From an uncultured Acidobacteriota bacterium (GTDB lineage: Bacteria; Acidobacteriota; Polarisedimenticolia; J045), in assembly GCA_963702425.1 (NCBI GenBank), contig CAVPCQ010000012.1, positions 160,001 through 224,000 of the forward strand: 64,000 nt of DNA, in the 5' to 3' direction. The notes under the pieces are model-generated. The model was given only the letters and a program-made list of their open reading frames with translations. It was not told where the DNA came from and did no database searches. The translations under genes and the position numbers were made by a program. Shown one piece after another: positions 32,133 through 42,771 of the stretch (positions within the stretch are counted from its first letter, which is position 1; every line of letters starts with the position of its first letter).

Positions 32133-32897
32133 CTATCGGAAGATCAGCGCGTACGAGTCGGCCGACAGCCGGTGCAGCCCCAGCAGCGTCTTCCCCTTCT
32201 GCAGGCCCATCCGATCCTTGACCCGCCCTTCCTCGATCGGCTCGTAGACCGGCAGCACCAGGTAGGCCGGCTTCGGCCGGTCCCCGAGCGGCGCGGTGAC
32301 GAACAGACTGTCCCCCACGTCGAGCGGGATCACCTGCACGACTTCGCGCCCGTCCTTCGCCTGCTGGTTGAAGAACTCCATCAGGACCAGGTCGTCCACG
32401 AAGGTCGCGCGAAGGACTCCCGTAGCTTCCTTCTCAGCTTCTTCCTTCGGGACACTGGTGATCGAGATGCTGCGCCCGCCGGCGCGCGCAACGCCGCCGC
32501 CGGACGCGGACCCGCCGGGCGCGGGCCCGATCGCTGCCAGCGGCTTCGGCTTCTGCAGCGCGACGTCGAGCGTCGTCCCGTCGGCGCCGACCTCCACCGC
32601 CGCGAACTCGCGAGAGACGAAGCCGGCCTTGCGGACCCCGACCCGATAGGTCCCCGCGGCCAGGCCGGCGACGCGGAACGCGCCTTGCGCGTCGGTGCCG
32701 ACCGCCCGCGGCGCCTGGTCCGAGTCGACCAGCATCGCCATCACGACGGCCCCCTCCACCGGCTTCCCCTCGGCATCCTTGACCGAGCCGCGCAGCACGC
32801 CGGCCCCCGCGGCGCCGGCGACGGCAACCAGCACGGCGAAGATCAGGGCGGCGGCGATCGCGCCGAGGCCACGCGCGGCGAAGGAAAACACGGGCAC
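32133..32897 (-). CDS. Secreted protein with one carboxypeptidase-regulatory-like domain
   Basis: GGAGGA RBS before GTG 32897; signal peptide; GSVKDAEGKPVEGAVV...TDAQGAF...GTYRV..RKAGF. Confidence 0.8.
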   Translation of the reverse strand: MPVFSFAARGLGAIAAALIFAVLVAVAGAAGAGVLRGSVKDAEGKPVEGAVVMAMLVDSDQAPRAVGTDAQGAFRVAGLAAGTYRVGVRKAGFVSREFAAVEVGADGTTLDVALQKPKPLAAIGPAPGGSASGGGVARAGGRSISITSVPKEEAEKEATGVLRATFVDDLVLMEFFNQQAKDGREVVQVIPLDVGDSLFVTAPLGDRPKPAYLVLPVYEPIEEGRVKDRMGLQKGKTLLGLHRLSADSYALIFR

Positions 32898-32992
32898 TGA
32901 TCCTCCTCTCCCCGGCACGGGGCCTCTTCCAACGATGGTGCCCGTGCCGGACCGGCGCCAGCCGCGCCAGCCGGGCGCGCGGCCGGCGGGCC

Positions 32993-34531
32993 TCACATGA
33001 ACTCCTTCGTGCTCGGCCAGATCTCGGCGATCGGCCGCTTCCACCCGCGGCCGACGAAGATCGGGATCTCGCGCTCGAACGGCATGCAGAGCTCGCAGCG
33101 ATGCGTCGCCTCCAGCTCGACCGACTCGAACGCCTCGCGGTGCTCCTCGATCCGTCCGCCGACGAGGATCAGCGCGCGCGGCTGGCCCGGCCCCGGCCCC
33201 CAGAGCCACCAGTTGTTATGCCCCGACACGACCCGCGGCAGGCCGTCGCGCTCCCCGTACAGCTCGATCGCACCGGCGCGGCCGTAGTTCGTCGTGTAGA
33301 TCGCGACGTCCGCACGCTCCTCGACCGGGAGCGCGGCGACCACCTGCGCCACGTCGGCCGCGAGTTCCTCCCAGCCGAGCCGGTCAGCCAGGTGCTGCGG
33401 CAGCGCGCCGACCTCGTGCCGCTCCTGCGCCTTGGGCTGGATCCCGATCGTCCGCGCGTAGGCCGAGTACGACGCTGGCGCCAGGACCGGCAGCGCCATC
33501 GGCGCCAGCGCGATGCCCGCCGCGCCGAGCGCAACCAGGTAGGCGGCCACGAGCGGCCTGCGGCGCTGCACCAGTCGCGAAAGCGCAACGCCCCCGGCAG
33601 CGAGCAGCGGCGGGAAGGCCGGCGCGAGGTAGTACGGCTTCGCTGACCCGCTCGCCGCGAGCAGCAGGAAGACCGTGACGAAGATCACCGCCAGCGGGCG
33701 CCAGCGGCGGGCCGTCGGCGCGAGCAGCAGCCAGAGCAGCCCGCCCAGCCACAGCGGCAGCGCGAGCGGGTTCATGAAGAGCACCTGCTGGCCGACGAAG
33801 TCGGTCAGCGCCAACTCGACGTTCTTGTACTGCGCCGCGTTGCCCATGAACTCCAGCGTCGGCCAGCCGTGGGCGGCCTGCCAGAGCAGGTTCGGCAGCG
33901 CGATCAGCCCGGCAGTCCCCGCCGCGAGCCACGGCCCGGCGGTGCGCAGCGCGCGGCGCTGCGCGGTCAGCAGCAGCGCCGCGGCCAGCCCGACACCGAG
34001 CCAGAGCACGCTGATCTTGTTCTGCAGGCCCAGCCCCAGCGCGATCCCCAGGAGGACCCACCAGCGCGTCCCGCCGGTGTCGATCGTGCGCACGATCAGC
34101 CACGCTGCGACCGTCCAGAGCATTACGTCGAAGGCGTTCATCGAGTAGAAGCCGAAGAGCGCGAGGTAGACCGGCGCGCAGAGCGCCGCGAGCGACGCCG
34201 CCGCCTGCGCCCAGGCCCGCCCGCCCAGCCGGGCCGCGAGCGCGCCGGTCAGGTAGACGGTCGCCGCTCCGGCCAGCGCCGGCAGCAGCTTGAGCGTGAG
34301 GACCATGTCGGGCAGCACCAGCCGCTGCAGCGCCAGCAGCGCGATCGACAGCGGCGGCTGGTCGACGTAGCCCCAAGCGAGACGCTTCGCGCACGAGATG
34401 TAGTACAGCTCGTCGCGGAAGATCCCGTAACCGGTGGCGACGAAGAACTGGACCGCGAACTCGACCAGCGCGAAGAGGGCGGGCGCGATCAGCAGCCCGC
34501 TCCGGGACGCCTGTGTCGCCCGGATGCTCAT
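32993..34531 (-). CDS. GT-C (GT39/ArnT/PMT-like) membrane glycosyltransferase
   Basis: YGIFRDELYY, LAWGYVDQPPL, GLGLQNK, PNLLWQ..HGWP, KPYY; multi-TM. Confidence 0.9.
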   Translation of the reverse strand: MSIRATQASRSGLLIAPALFALVEFAVQFFVATGYGIFRDELYYISCAKRLAWGYVDQPPLSIALLALQRLVLPDMVLTLKLLPALAGAATVYLTGALAARLGGRAWAQAAASLAALCAPVYLALFGFYSMNAFDVMLWTVAAWLIVRTIDTGGTRWWVLLGIALGLGLQNKISVLWLGVGLAAALLLTAQRRALRTAGPWLAAGTAGLIALPNLLWQAAHGWPTLEFMGNAAQYKNVELALTDFVGQQVLFMNPLALPLWLGGLLWLLLAPTARRWRPLAVIFVTVFLLLAASGSAKPYYLAPAFPPLLAAGGVALSRLVQRRRPLVAAYLVALGAAGIALAPMALPVLAPASYSAYARTIGIQPKAQERHEVGALPQHLADRLGWEELAADVAQVVAALPVEERADVAIYTTNYGRAGAIELYGERDGLPRVVSGHNNWWLWGPGPGQPRALILVGGRIEEHREAFESVELEATHRCELCMPFEREIPIFVGRGWKRPIAEIWPSTKEFM

Positions 34532-34609
34532 GGCACGAGTCTACCGCGCCCCCGGAGCGGCCCGCACGGGGGCCGGGACCGCGCCCCGGGACCGGTCCCG
34601 TCGCCCGCC

Positions 34610-36400
34610 TCAGTCCACCGTCAGCGTCTTGCTGAGGTTGCGCGGGAAGTCCGGGTCGAACCCGCGCGCGACGCTCAGCCGGTAGGCCAGCAGCTGGAGT
34701 GGGATCGTCGCCAGCATCGGGTTCAGCAGCGCCCCGGCGCGCGGCAGCGTGATCAGGTCGTGGGCGTTGATCTGCAGCCGCGGGTCCTCTTCGGCGATCG
34801 CGATCGCCCGGCCGCCGCGGCAGGTCGTCTCGTTGATCCCGCTGACCAGCAGCGGTACGTCCTCCGGGCCGGAGACGAACAGCACGGGGTATCCCTCGCT
34901 GACCGCCGAGAGCGGCCCGTGCTTGAACTCCGTCGAGAGCATCCCCTCGCAGTGGGCGTAGGTGATCTCCTTGAGCTTGAGCGCCCCCTCCAGCGCGATC
35001 GGGTAGGTCAGGCCGTAGCCGAGGGCATAAAGGTCCTGGTGCCCGTGGAGCGCGTCGTCGAGCGCGGCAACCTGCGGCTCGCTCGACCGGATCGTCTCCT
35101 CGAGCAGCGCCGGCAGGTGGGCCAGCCCGTCGGTCGGGTGGTCCCCCATCCGGAGCCCGAGGAACAGGAAGGCCAGCACCTGGTTCATGAAGGTCTTGGT
35201 CGCCGGGACGCTGATCTCGTAGCCGCAGGCCAGCGGCAGGTAGCGCTCGCTCTCGCGCAGCAGCGTCGAGCCGAGGACGTTGACGAGGCCCAGGATCCCG
35301 ACGCCGTGGCGTCGCGCCGCGGCCAGGGCGTTCAGGACGTCCTTGGTCTCCCCGCTCTGGCTGACGAACAGCGCGACGTCGTCCGGACCCAGCGCCGGCG
35401 CGTACTGGGCGATGAACTGCGGCGCCAGCACCGGGATCGCGGGGCGCCGGGCCAGCCGCGCGAAGTAGACCGCCCCCAGCATGCAGGCGTGGTAGCTCGT
35501 CCCGCAGCCGACCAGGTAGAGGTGCCGGGCGCGCGCCATCCGCTCGGCCATCGGGCCGACGTGCTTGGAGTGCTCGAGCAGGTGCAGCAGCTCGGCCGCC
35601 GCTTCCGGCTGCTCGTGGATCTCCTTCAGCATGAAGTGGGCGTAGCCCCCCTTCATGACCGCGTCCATCGTCTCGGTGATCTCCTCGGGCTCGCGCTCGA
35701 CGAGGTGCCCGTCCTCGACCCGTCGGATCTCGACGCGATCGTGCCAGAGGGTGACGATCTCGCCGTCGTGGACGCGGACGATGCGCCGCGTCAGCGGCAG
35801 AATCGACGGCAGATCCGAGGAGATGCAGGTCGCGCCCTCCGCGAGACCGATGACCAGGCCGGAGCCCTTCTTCAGCGCGTACAGCCGGTCGTCCGTCTTT
35901 CGCCCGACGACGAAGGCGTAGTCCCCCTCGAGGTCGCCGTAGGCGTGGCGGATCGCCTCGATCATCCCGTGGCCGCGCTCGAGCCAGCGCTCCACCGCGT
36001 GGACGCACGACTCGCCGTCGTTGGTCGAGCGGACCGTCATCCCCTCGTCGATGAACTGCTGCCGCAGCTCGACGTTGTTGACGACGTTGCCGTTGTGCGC
36101 GCCGACCAGGTCGCCGTCGGAGTCGAGATGGGGCTGGGCGTTGGCGGTCGAGGGGTGGCCGAAGGTCGCCCAGCGCAGCTGGACCATCCCGCGCCGGCCT
36201 TTCATCTCGGCGAAGCGCAGGCGCTGCGCGACGTCGTCGACCTTCCCGACGTCCTTGCGCAGGTCGATCGCTCCCTTGTCCCCGATCGTCGCGCAGCCGA
36301 CCGAGTCGTAGCCGCGGTACGAGAGGCGCTGGCCGGCCTCGGTGAGGATCGTGCCGAGCGGCTGCTCCTTGCTCACGACGATGCCGAAGATCCCGCACAT
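34610..36400 (-). CDS. glmS: Second, divergent glutamine--fructose-6-phosphate aminotransferase
   Basis: [60 protein letters not shown]. Confidence 0.92.
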   Translation of the reverse strand: MCGIFGIVVSKEQPLGTILTEAGQRLSYRGYDSVGCATIGDKGAIDLRKDVGKVDDVAQRLRFAEMKGRRGMVQLRWATFGHPSTANAQPHLDSDGDLVGAHNGNVVNNVELRQQFIDEGMTVRSTNDGESCVHAVERWLERGHGMIEAIRHAYGDLEGDYAFVVGRKTDDRLYALKKGSGLVIGLAEGATCISSDLPSILPLTRRIVRVHDGEIVTLWHDRVEIRRVEDGHLVEREPEEITETMDAVMKGGYAHFMLKEIHEQPEAAAELLHLLEHSKHVGPMAERMARARHLYLVGCGTSYHACMLGAVYFARLARRPAIPVLAPQFIAQYAPALGPDDVALFVSQSGETKDVLNALAAARRHGVGILGLVNVLGSTLLRESERYLPLACGYEISVPATKTFMNQVLAFLFLGLRMGDHPTDGLAHLPALLEETIRSSEPQVAALDDALHGHQDLYALGYGLTYPIALEGALKLKEITYAHCEGMLSTEFKHGPLSAVSEGYPVLFVSGPEDVPLLVSGINETTCRGGRAIAIAEEDPRLQINAHDLITLPRAGALLNPMLATIPLQLLAYRLSVARGFDPDFPRNLSKTLTVD

Positions 36401-36503
36401 CGAGTTGTCTCCCGGGAGGAATCGCGCATCCTAGCGCGGTTTTCGCCGGGGGGCCGGGGACCGCGATCGGGCCGTCCCGGGGGCGGGCGGACGCGGTAGA
36501 TTC

Positions 36504-38782
36504 ATGGCGTCGATGAATCCCGCTCGGACCGTTCGGGTGTGCGCGCTGGCGTTCGCGCTGGCCAGCGCCGGGGCCGGGGCCCTCGCGCCGGCCCGCGCCG
36601 CGCGCGCCAACCCGCTGGCCGCCACCGCGGGGCCGGGGCAGCCGGTCGAGAACTGCGCCGACCCCAGCGTGATCCGCTCGCGCACGGCGGGCGACGACGC
36701 CTGGTACATGGTCTGCACCAGCGACGCCCTCGGCGACTGGGACCGCGACGGCGGCGGCGGGTACCGCTATCGCACCCTCCCGATTCTCCGCTCGACGGAC
36801 CTGGTGCACTGGACCTACGTCGGGGACGCCGTCACCAGTCCCCCGTCCTGGGCCGAGCCCTGGTCGAACCTCTGGGCGCCCGAGTTCGAGGTCGTCAACG
36901 GGGTCTATTACGTCTACTACGCCGCGACCGACACGCGTCGCGCGACGAGCGGCGAGCCGAACTGCGGCAGCGACAGCGCGATCGGCGTCGCGACCAGCGC
37001 GGCGCCGGGCGGGCCCTACACGCACGTTTCGGCGCCGGTCGTCGCGCCGCGGCGCGCCGGCACAGGCTGCAGTTTCCATGCGACGATCGACCCCGAGGTC
37101 ACGCTGACCGGCAGCGGGCAGCGCTCGATCTACTACGGCAGCTTCGCCGGCGGGATCGAGGTCCGGACCCTGTCTGCCGACGGTCTGTCCTCGGATGCCG
37201 GCTCGGCGGTGCGGGTCGCCGCGGACGGCCGCTTCGAGGCCCCCGAGATCGTGCGCAAGGACGGCTGGTACTACCTGCTGCTCTCGGCCTCGACCTGCTG
37301 CGACGGGCCGGCCTCGGGCTACACCGTCGTCGCCGGTCGCGCCGCGAGCCCGACCGGGCCGTTCCTCGATCGCGACGGGGTCTCGCTCGACACGGCGCGG
37401 GCGGGCGGCACGCCCGTGCTGGCCGCCACGGGAAACCGCTGGGTCGGCCCCGGGCACAACACGGTGCTGCAGGATCTCGCGGGAGGGTGGTGGACGATCT
37501 ACCACGCGATCGAGGAGGCCGACCCCTGGTTCGAGGGCTCGCCCGGCTACACGCGGCGACCGCCGCTGCTCGACCCGCTCGACTGGGTCGACGGCTGGCC
37601 GACCGTGCGCGGCGGGTGGTGGGTCTCGGACTGCCTGCAACCGGCGCCGGTCGCGACCTCCGGCGGCGTCCCGGAATACACCGCGACACTGCGCCGCGAC
37701 GAAGCGCCCGGCGAGCCGCTCCCCGGCGGCTCCGACGAGTTCGACGGCCCGGGGCTCGCGCCGCAGTGGAGCTGGATCCGCCCGCCGGCCGGCGGCTGGT
37801 CGCTGCAGGAGGGCGCGCTGCGAGTGGGAGACGCAGGCCGCGGAACTGTACGAGGACAACGACTCCGCCTCGGTGCTCCTCGAGCCGGTGCCCGACGGGG
37901 ACTGGATCGCCGAGACGCGGCTGTCGCTCTCGGTCCCGGCGAGCGGCTGCTGCTACGACACCGTCCAGGCCGGCCTCGTGGTGTACGGCGACGACGACAA
38001 CTACCTGAAGCTGGTGCACGCCTCCATTGGATCGTTGCGGATGACCGAGTGGGCCCGCGAGTCGTTCCCGGTGGCGGCCGGCTTCCCGCGCTACGGGAAG
38101 AGCTGGGTTGGCGCGCCGGCGGACTGGACCGGACTGCGGATCGTGCGGCGCGGCGGATTCGGCGGCGCGCTCTACACCGCCTACACCAGCGGCGACGGCG
38201 CGCGCTGGACGCGCGGCGCGACCTGGCACGCCGGCTTCGGCGCGGGGGAGCGGATCGGCCTCGTCGCGATGAACCGCGCCGGCTTCGTCGCGCGCTTCGA
38301 CTACCTCCGCGTCGCGCGCCTGGCGCCCGACGACTGCAGCGACCCGGCGTGGGCCGATCCGTGCGACGACGACGCGGACGGGCGTGGCGACCTCTGCGAC
38401 CTGGACGACGACGCGGACGGAGTCGCCGACGGGACCGACTGCGCGGCGCGCGACGCGACCGAAGGGCAGCCCGCCACGATCGAGGGACTGACGGTCGCCG
38501 GGATTGCCCCCTCGCGGATCGGCTGGAGCGCCGCTCCCTCGGCCGACACCTACGACGCCACACGCGGCGCGCTGTCGGCGCTGGCGCCGGGGGCGTACGG
38601 ACCCTGTCTCGCGAGCGACCGGGCCGAGACCTTCGTCGACGACGGGGCGACTCCCCGTGCCGGGCGACGGCTTCCTGTACCTCGTGCGCGGGGTCGACCT
38701 CGGCTGCGGCGGCCCCGGCGGCTACGGCGCCGACAGCACCGGCGCTTCGCGCTCCAACTCCGATCCCGCGGCCTGCCCCTGA
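36504..38782 (+). CDS. Secreted GH43 glycoside hydrolase with beta-sandwich, TSP3-like Ca-binding motif and C-terminal domain (indels near 37823 and 38655)
   Basis: ADPS, LWAPE, IDP, FEAP, GPGHN catalytic-domain motifs; SDEFDG...W; DPCDDDADGRGDLCDLDDDADG; the three frames join seamlessly. Confidence 0.88.
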
Positions 38783-39405
38783 CCGGACCGCGGGCCCGGC
38801 TCGGGCCCGGGCCGCTCGGTGCGGAAGGCTGCGAGGCGGGCCACGAGGGCGGCGTGGGCCGCGCGCAGCGGAGCGAGATCGGCGACCCGCGCCACGTCCG
38901 GCTGCCGCTCGAGCCGCTCGATCTCCCGGCCCAGCGCCCCGGCCTCCTCGGCGAGCGCGAGCATCCGGTCGCGCAGCACGGTGACCATCTGATCCAGCGC
39001 CCGGGCCTCGGGCTTGAGGTAGTCGTGGCGGCGGAGCATGACCCGCTGCGTCAAGTCGCCGCCCGCGACCTGCTCGAAGGTGTGCCGGAATCGGAGCAGC
39101 GGCCCAGCGAGGCGGTGCGAGACGAGCACCGAGTGGAAGCCGAAGAGCAGCAGGACGACGATCAGTGACGGCCAGACGTACTCTTGCAGCGCGAGCAGCT
39201 GCGCCGCGGCGGCCGTCCGCTCGACCGGCGGTGTCGCCTTGTCGAGCAGGTCGATGACCAGGGGCCCGAACATGGCCGTGACGAAGACCGCGGCGAAGAT
39301 CAGGAAATAGGCCACCTGGAACGCGACGAAGCGTTGCTGGATCCTCCCGACGAACACCTTCTTGCGGTGGCTCTGGAACTTCATCGGTGTGCCCTCCTCC
39401 TTCAC
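38722..39405 (-). CDS. Two-TM HAMP-domain protein without output domain
   Basis: SHRLAGPLLRF...VAGGDLTQRVMLRRHD; GTGA overlap with the HD-GYP gene (alternative start 39384). Confidence 0.82.
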   Translation of the reverse strand: MKEEGTPMKFQSHRKKVFVGRIQQRFVAFQVAYFLIFAAVFVTAMFGPLVIDLLDKATPPVERTAAAAQLLALQEYVWPSLIVVLLLFGFHSVLVSHRLAGPLLRFRHTFEQVAGGDLTQRVMLRRHDYLKPEARALDQMVTVLRDRMLALAEEAGALGREIERLERQPDVARVADLAPLRAAHAALVARLAAFRTERPGPEPGPRSGQGQAAGSELEREAPVLSAP

Positions 39406-41513
39406 GCCCGACCGGCGGCGCCGACCGGCTCAGGCTGGATGACCCGCTCGGCGGGCAATGGCAGGAACTGGTGGACCTCGGCCAGGAACGCCTCGACAAC
39501 GCGCGGATCGAACTGCGTCCCGGCCCCCTCGGCAATGTGGTCGAGGACCCGCTTCCGGTCCCAGGCCTCGCGGTACGGACGCGGCGAGGCCAGCGCGTCG
39601 AACACGTCGGCCACCGCGAAGATCCGCGCGATCAGAGGGATCGCCTCCCCGGCGAGCCGATCGGGGTAGCCCGTGCCGTCGTAGCGCTCGTGGTGGTGAC
39701 GCACCGCCGCGACGACGTCGGCGTAGGCCGAGATCGGCTCCACGATCCGCGCCCCGATCGCGGGGTGCTGCTTCATGACGTCCAGTTCCTCCGCCGAGAG
39801 CTGGCCCGGCTTGTCGAGGATCTCGACCGGGACCCCGAGCTTCCCGATGTCGTGGAGCAGCCCGCCGCGGTGGACCGCTTCCAGCTGCTTGTCGTCGAAC
39901 CCGAGTCGCCGGCCGACCGCGAGCCCGACCATCGTGACGCGGGTCGAGTGGCCGGCGGTCCAGGGCGACTTGGCGTCGATCGCGCGCGAGAGCGCCTCGA
40001 CCATCTCCCAGTTCGCCCGGTCGATCTCCTCGAGCAGGCGCGCATGGGTCAGGCCGACGCCGAGCTGCGCCGCGAGCTGGCCGACGATCGCGTAGTTGTG
40101 GCCGCCGACCGGATCGCTCTTCCGGCTGATCGCGATCACCGCGCCGAGCGCGCCGCGGACCATCACCGGGAAGACCCAGGTGTCGGCACTGCGCGCCCCC
40201 GGCGGGCGGAACGCGCCAGGGACGTCGCAGAGCGTCCGCGCGCCGTCCGCGTCGCCCAGGCGGCCGAGGAAGGCGGTCTCCTCCGAGCCGAAGACGATCT
40301 CTTCGCGCTGCGGCTTGAGCGAACCGCCCTCGACCAGCGCGTGGCGCTCGCCGCGCGCGCCGTCCACCAGCGTCAAGGCGAGCCCATCGCACGGCACGAG
40401 GCCGGGAAGGCGCTGCAGCAGCTTGGTCGCGATCTCGTGCCGATCGAGCGAAGACAGCACGGCCCGGTCGATTTCCGAACGCGTCGCGAGGGCGTCGAAG
40501 TCGTGCTGGATCCTGCAGGCCATCGCGTTGAAGGACCGGGCGAGCTGGCCGAACTCATCCTTCGGAGGCAGGTCCGCGCGCGCGCCGAGATCGCCCGCGG
40601 CAACGCGCTGGGCCGCCGTGATCAGGACGTCGACCGGCTCGACGCGGCGCCGGATCTGGATCGCACCCACGAGACAGACCGCGGCGGTCGACAGCGCGAG
40701 GACGAGGGAGAGCATCCGCCACAGCCGTCCGGTGGGCGCGTAGACCCGAGCCTCGGGTTCGGCCAGGACGACGGTCCACGACGGGCCACTGGACCGGTCG
40801 CGAAGGGACACCGGCCAGCCGTAGCCCACGAGGCGATCGCCGTGGCCGGGCCCCCACTCGAAGAGCGCGCGCTGCGGTGCGGACACCTGCGCCGCCTCGA
40901 AGAAGGCCGGCGGCAGGTCGGGTCGCGAGGTGAAGACGGCCCGCCCGGTCTCGTCCAGCAGCGAGACGATCGCCCACTCGGGCAGCGCGCTCTTCAGCGG
41001 TCCGACGAGCGCCGCAATCGAGACGCGGCCGGTGACGGACCGCGCCGAGCTCCCGTCACCCAGCGACTCGCTCAGCACGATCACCGGCAGTGGACCGGTC
41101 CGATCCACCACGAGGGAGGTGCTTCCGTCGCGGGGAGGGAGCCCGCCGCCGGCGGACCGCTCGGGTCCGTGGAGTGTCGTCTCGACCCGCCCTTCCGGCC
41201 CGACGATCCCGACCCACTCGAAGCCGGCCTCGAGCGGCCACCACCGCACCGCCTCGGCGAGCGGGTGGTGACGGACCTCGGCTGCGATGATGGAGAGCGT
41301 GCCGGCGTGCAGTTCGAGCCGCTCGCGCAACTGAAGGCCGAGCAGCGTCGTCGAGTCGTGCATGCGCCGCCGGGCCTGCGCCTCGGTGTGCCCCGCTACG
41401 AACGAGATCGCATAGGCGAAGAGGAGCACGGTGGGCACGGTCGTCGCCGCCAGGACCAGGAGGAAGACCTGACGGGCCACCTTGCTGCGCAGGAACCGCC
41501 GCTGGATCGGCAT
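39402..41513 (-). CDS. Membrane HD-GYP cyclic-dinucleotide phosphodiesterase (sensor-HAMP-GAF-HD-GYP)
   Basis: TAGHSTRV, LHDIGK, HHHERYDGTGYP, ARIFAVADVFDAL...RPYR, GTQFDP; HAMP DEFGQLARSFNAM. Confidence 0.93.
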   Translation of the reverse strand: MPIQRRFLRSKVARQVFLLVLAATTVPTVLLFAYAISFVAGHTEAQARRRMHDSTTLLGLQLRERLELHAGTLSIIAAEVRHHPLAEAVRWWPLEAGFEWVGIVGPEGRVETTLHGPERSAGGGLPPRDGSTSLVVDRTGPLPVIVLSESLGDGSSARSVTGRVSIAALVGPLKSALPEWAIVSLLDETGRAVFTSRPDLPPAFFEAAQVSAPQRALFEWGPGHGDRLVGYGWPVSLRDRSSGPSWTVVLAEPEARVYAPTGRLWRMLSLVLALSTAAVCLVGAIQIRRRVEPVDVLITAAQRVAAGDLGARADLPPKDEFGQLARSFNAMACRIQHDFDALATRSEIDRAVLSSLDRHEIATKLLQRLPGLVPCDGLALTLVDGARGERHALVEGGSLKPQREEIVFGSEETAFLGRLGDADGARTLCDVPGAFRPPGARSADTWVFPVMVRGALGAVIAISRKSDPVGGHNYAIVGQLAAQLGVGLTHARLLEEIDRANWEMVEALSRAIDAKSPWTAGHSTRVTMVGLAVGRRLGFDDKQLEAVHRGGLLHDIGKLGVPVEILDKPGQLSAEELDVMKQHPAIGARIVEPISAYADVVAAVRHHHERYDGTGYPDRLAGEAIPLIARIFAVADVFDALASPRPYREAWDRKRVLDHIAEGAGTQFDPRVVEAFLAEVHQFLPLPAERVIQPEPVGAAGRA

Positions 41514-41712
41514 CGGCGTCAGAGACCCGCGACCGCCCCGATGAAGGTCCGGTCGCCGGCACGGCTGACGTCGTCGTGGCTCCCCTTCGCGCTCAGCGGG
41601 ATCTTGGCCTCGCTTTCCGGACCCATGGCATCGCGCCCTCTCCGCTCCTCCGGGGAGCGGAAGCAGCCGAAACGCGGGCCCGGATCCGGCCCGGACATCG
41701 ACCCCACCCGGC

Positions 41713-41740
41713 TCATCGGACCCTGCGCTTCGCCCTTGAG
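41713..41740 (-). promoter_or_regulatory. Putative sigma28 (FliA)-type promoter
   Basis: Minus strand CTCAAG-N14-TCCGATGA, close to the TCAAG-N14-GCCGATA consensus. Confidence 0.5.
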
Positions 41741-41755
41741 CCGGTCGCTGTCCTG

Positions 41756-41790
41756 GAAAAAGTTAGGGCCCGCCCCGGGGGGCGGGCCCT
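41756..41790 (-). terminator. Intrinsic terminator after the M43 protease gene
   Basis: Minus strand AGGGCCCGCC-CCCCGG-GGCGGGCCCT followed by AACTTTTT. Confidence 0.7.
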
Positions 41791-41844
41791 CGAATCAACG
41801 AGCGAATCCGAAACGGATGAGCTGGCGCTACCCGGAGCTGTTCG

Positions 41845-42771
41845 CTACTTGCCGAATCGGTACGTCGTGAACTGCCCGTCCATCCGGGTGTCCTGCCCGC
41901 CGGTGAAGGTGTTCATGCACGAGTCGTCGGTGTAGTCCATGAAGTTCGTGATCGGGTCGAGGCCGCTCGACGAGCAGGTGTTCCGCCCGGTCGGGCAGCC
42001 GTAGGCCGGCGACGACTCGGCGGGGGTGTCGTCCACGAAGTCTCCGGACGCGGAACAGCCGCCCTGGAAGGTGTGATACAGCCCCATCCAGTGGCCGACC
42101 TCGTGCGTGGCGGTGTCGCCCCGGTTGTACGGCGCTGCCGTGCCACCGGGGAGGGAGGTCCAGAGGATCACCACGCCGTCGTACGTCGGGTCGGACGCGT
42201 AGCTCGACGGGAACGTCGCCCACCCGAGCAGGCCGCCCGTGAGACCCGCGGTGTAGATGTTCAGGTCGTCAGCTGTCCCCTTGCGCAGCGCGCGTTTCGC
42301 GTCGCGCTCGGCCGTCGAGCCCTGGCGCATGCTGAACCACGACGCGTTCGTGGTGCGATCGGTACTGACGAGGTTGAACTGCCAGCCCCAGGGACGGTAG
42401 GCGTCGTTGAGCACGCGGATCTGGTCGGCGATCATCGCGTCGGACAGACCGCCGTTGCTGTAGCCGGCCCCCTTGCGGATGACATGGAAGTAGACGTTGA
42501 TCGTGCCGCCCGTCGCGTCGTTGCCTCTCTGCAGCATGCGCTGGCGCACGACGTCCTCGATCGCGTCCATCGCGTCCTGCGTCAACTGCAGGGTGCCGCA
42601 GCGGAGGCCGCTGTTGATGAACGCCTGCTGGTCGACCCAGGTCTCGCCGCCGAACACGAACTCGTTGCCGGTGGGGGCCGAACCGGCGGTCGTCGTCACC
42701 GTCGCTTCGCCCGCGAAGAGCGGGAGCGCGGCGCTCAGGATCAGGCCCACGAGTGCTAGCGACTTCCTCAT
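41845..42771 (-). CDS. Secreted zinc metalloprotease, M43 (ulilysin/pappalysin) family
   Basis: Signal peptide; cysteine switch RCGT; [31 protein letters not shown]; -10 TATACT at 42838-42833. Confidence 0.95.
   Translation of the reverse strand: MRKSLALVGLILSAALPLFAGEATVTTTAGSAPTGNEFVFGGETWVDQQAFINSGLRCGTLQLTQDAMDAIEDVVRQRMLQRGNDATGGTINVYFHVIRKGAGYSNGGLSDAMIADQIRVLNDAYRPWGWQFNLVSTDRTTNASWFSMRQGSTAERDAKRALRKGTADDLNIYTAGLTGGLLGWATFPSSYASDPTYDGVVILWTSLPGGTAAPYNRGDTATHEVGHWMGLYHTFQGGCSASGDFVDDTPAESSPAYGCPTGRNTCSSSGLDPITNFMDYTDDSCMNTFTGGQDTRMDGQFTTYRFGK

Noticed and set aside
36400-36504. glmS ribozyme upstream of the second glmS
   Set aside because: No AGCGCC...GACGAGG core; the leader after the -10 TAGGAT is only about 20-25 nt
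41513-41760. c-di-GMP riboswitch upstream of the HD-GYP gene
   Set aside because: GEMM-I (GGCAAAC/GACGCAAAG) and class II motifs not seen
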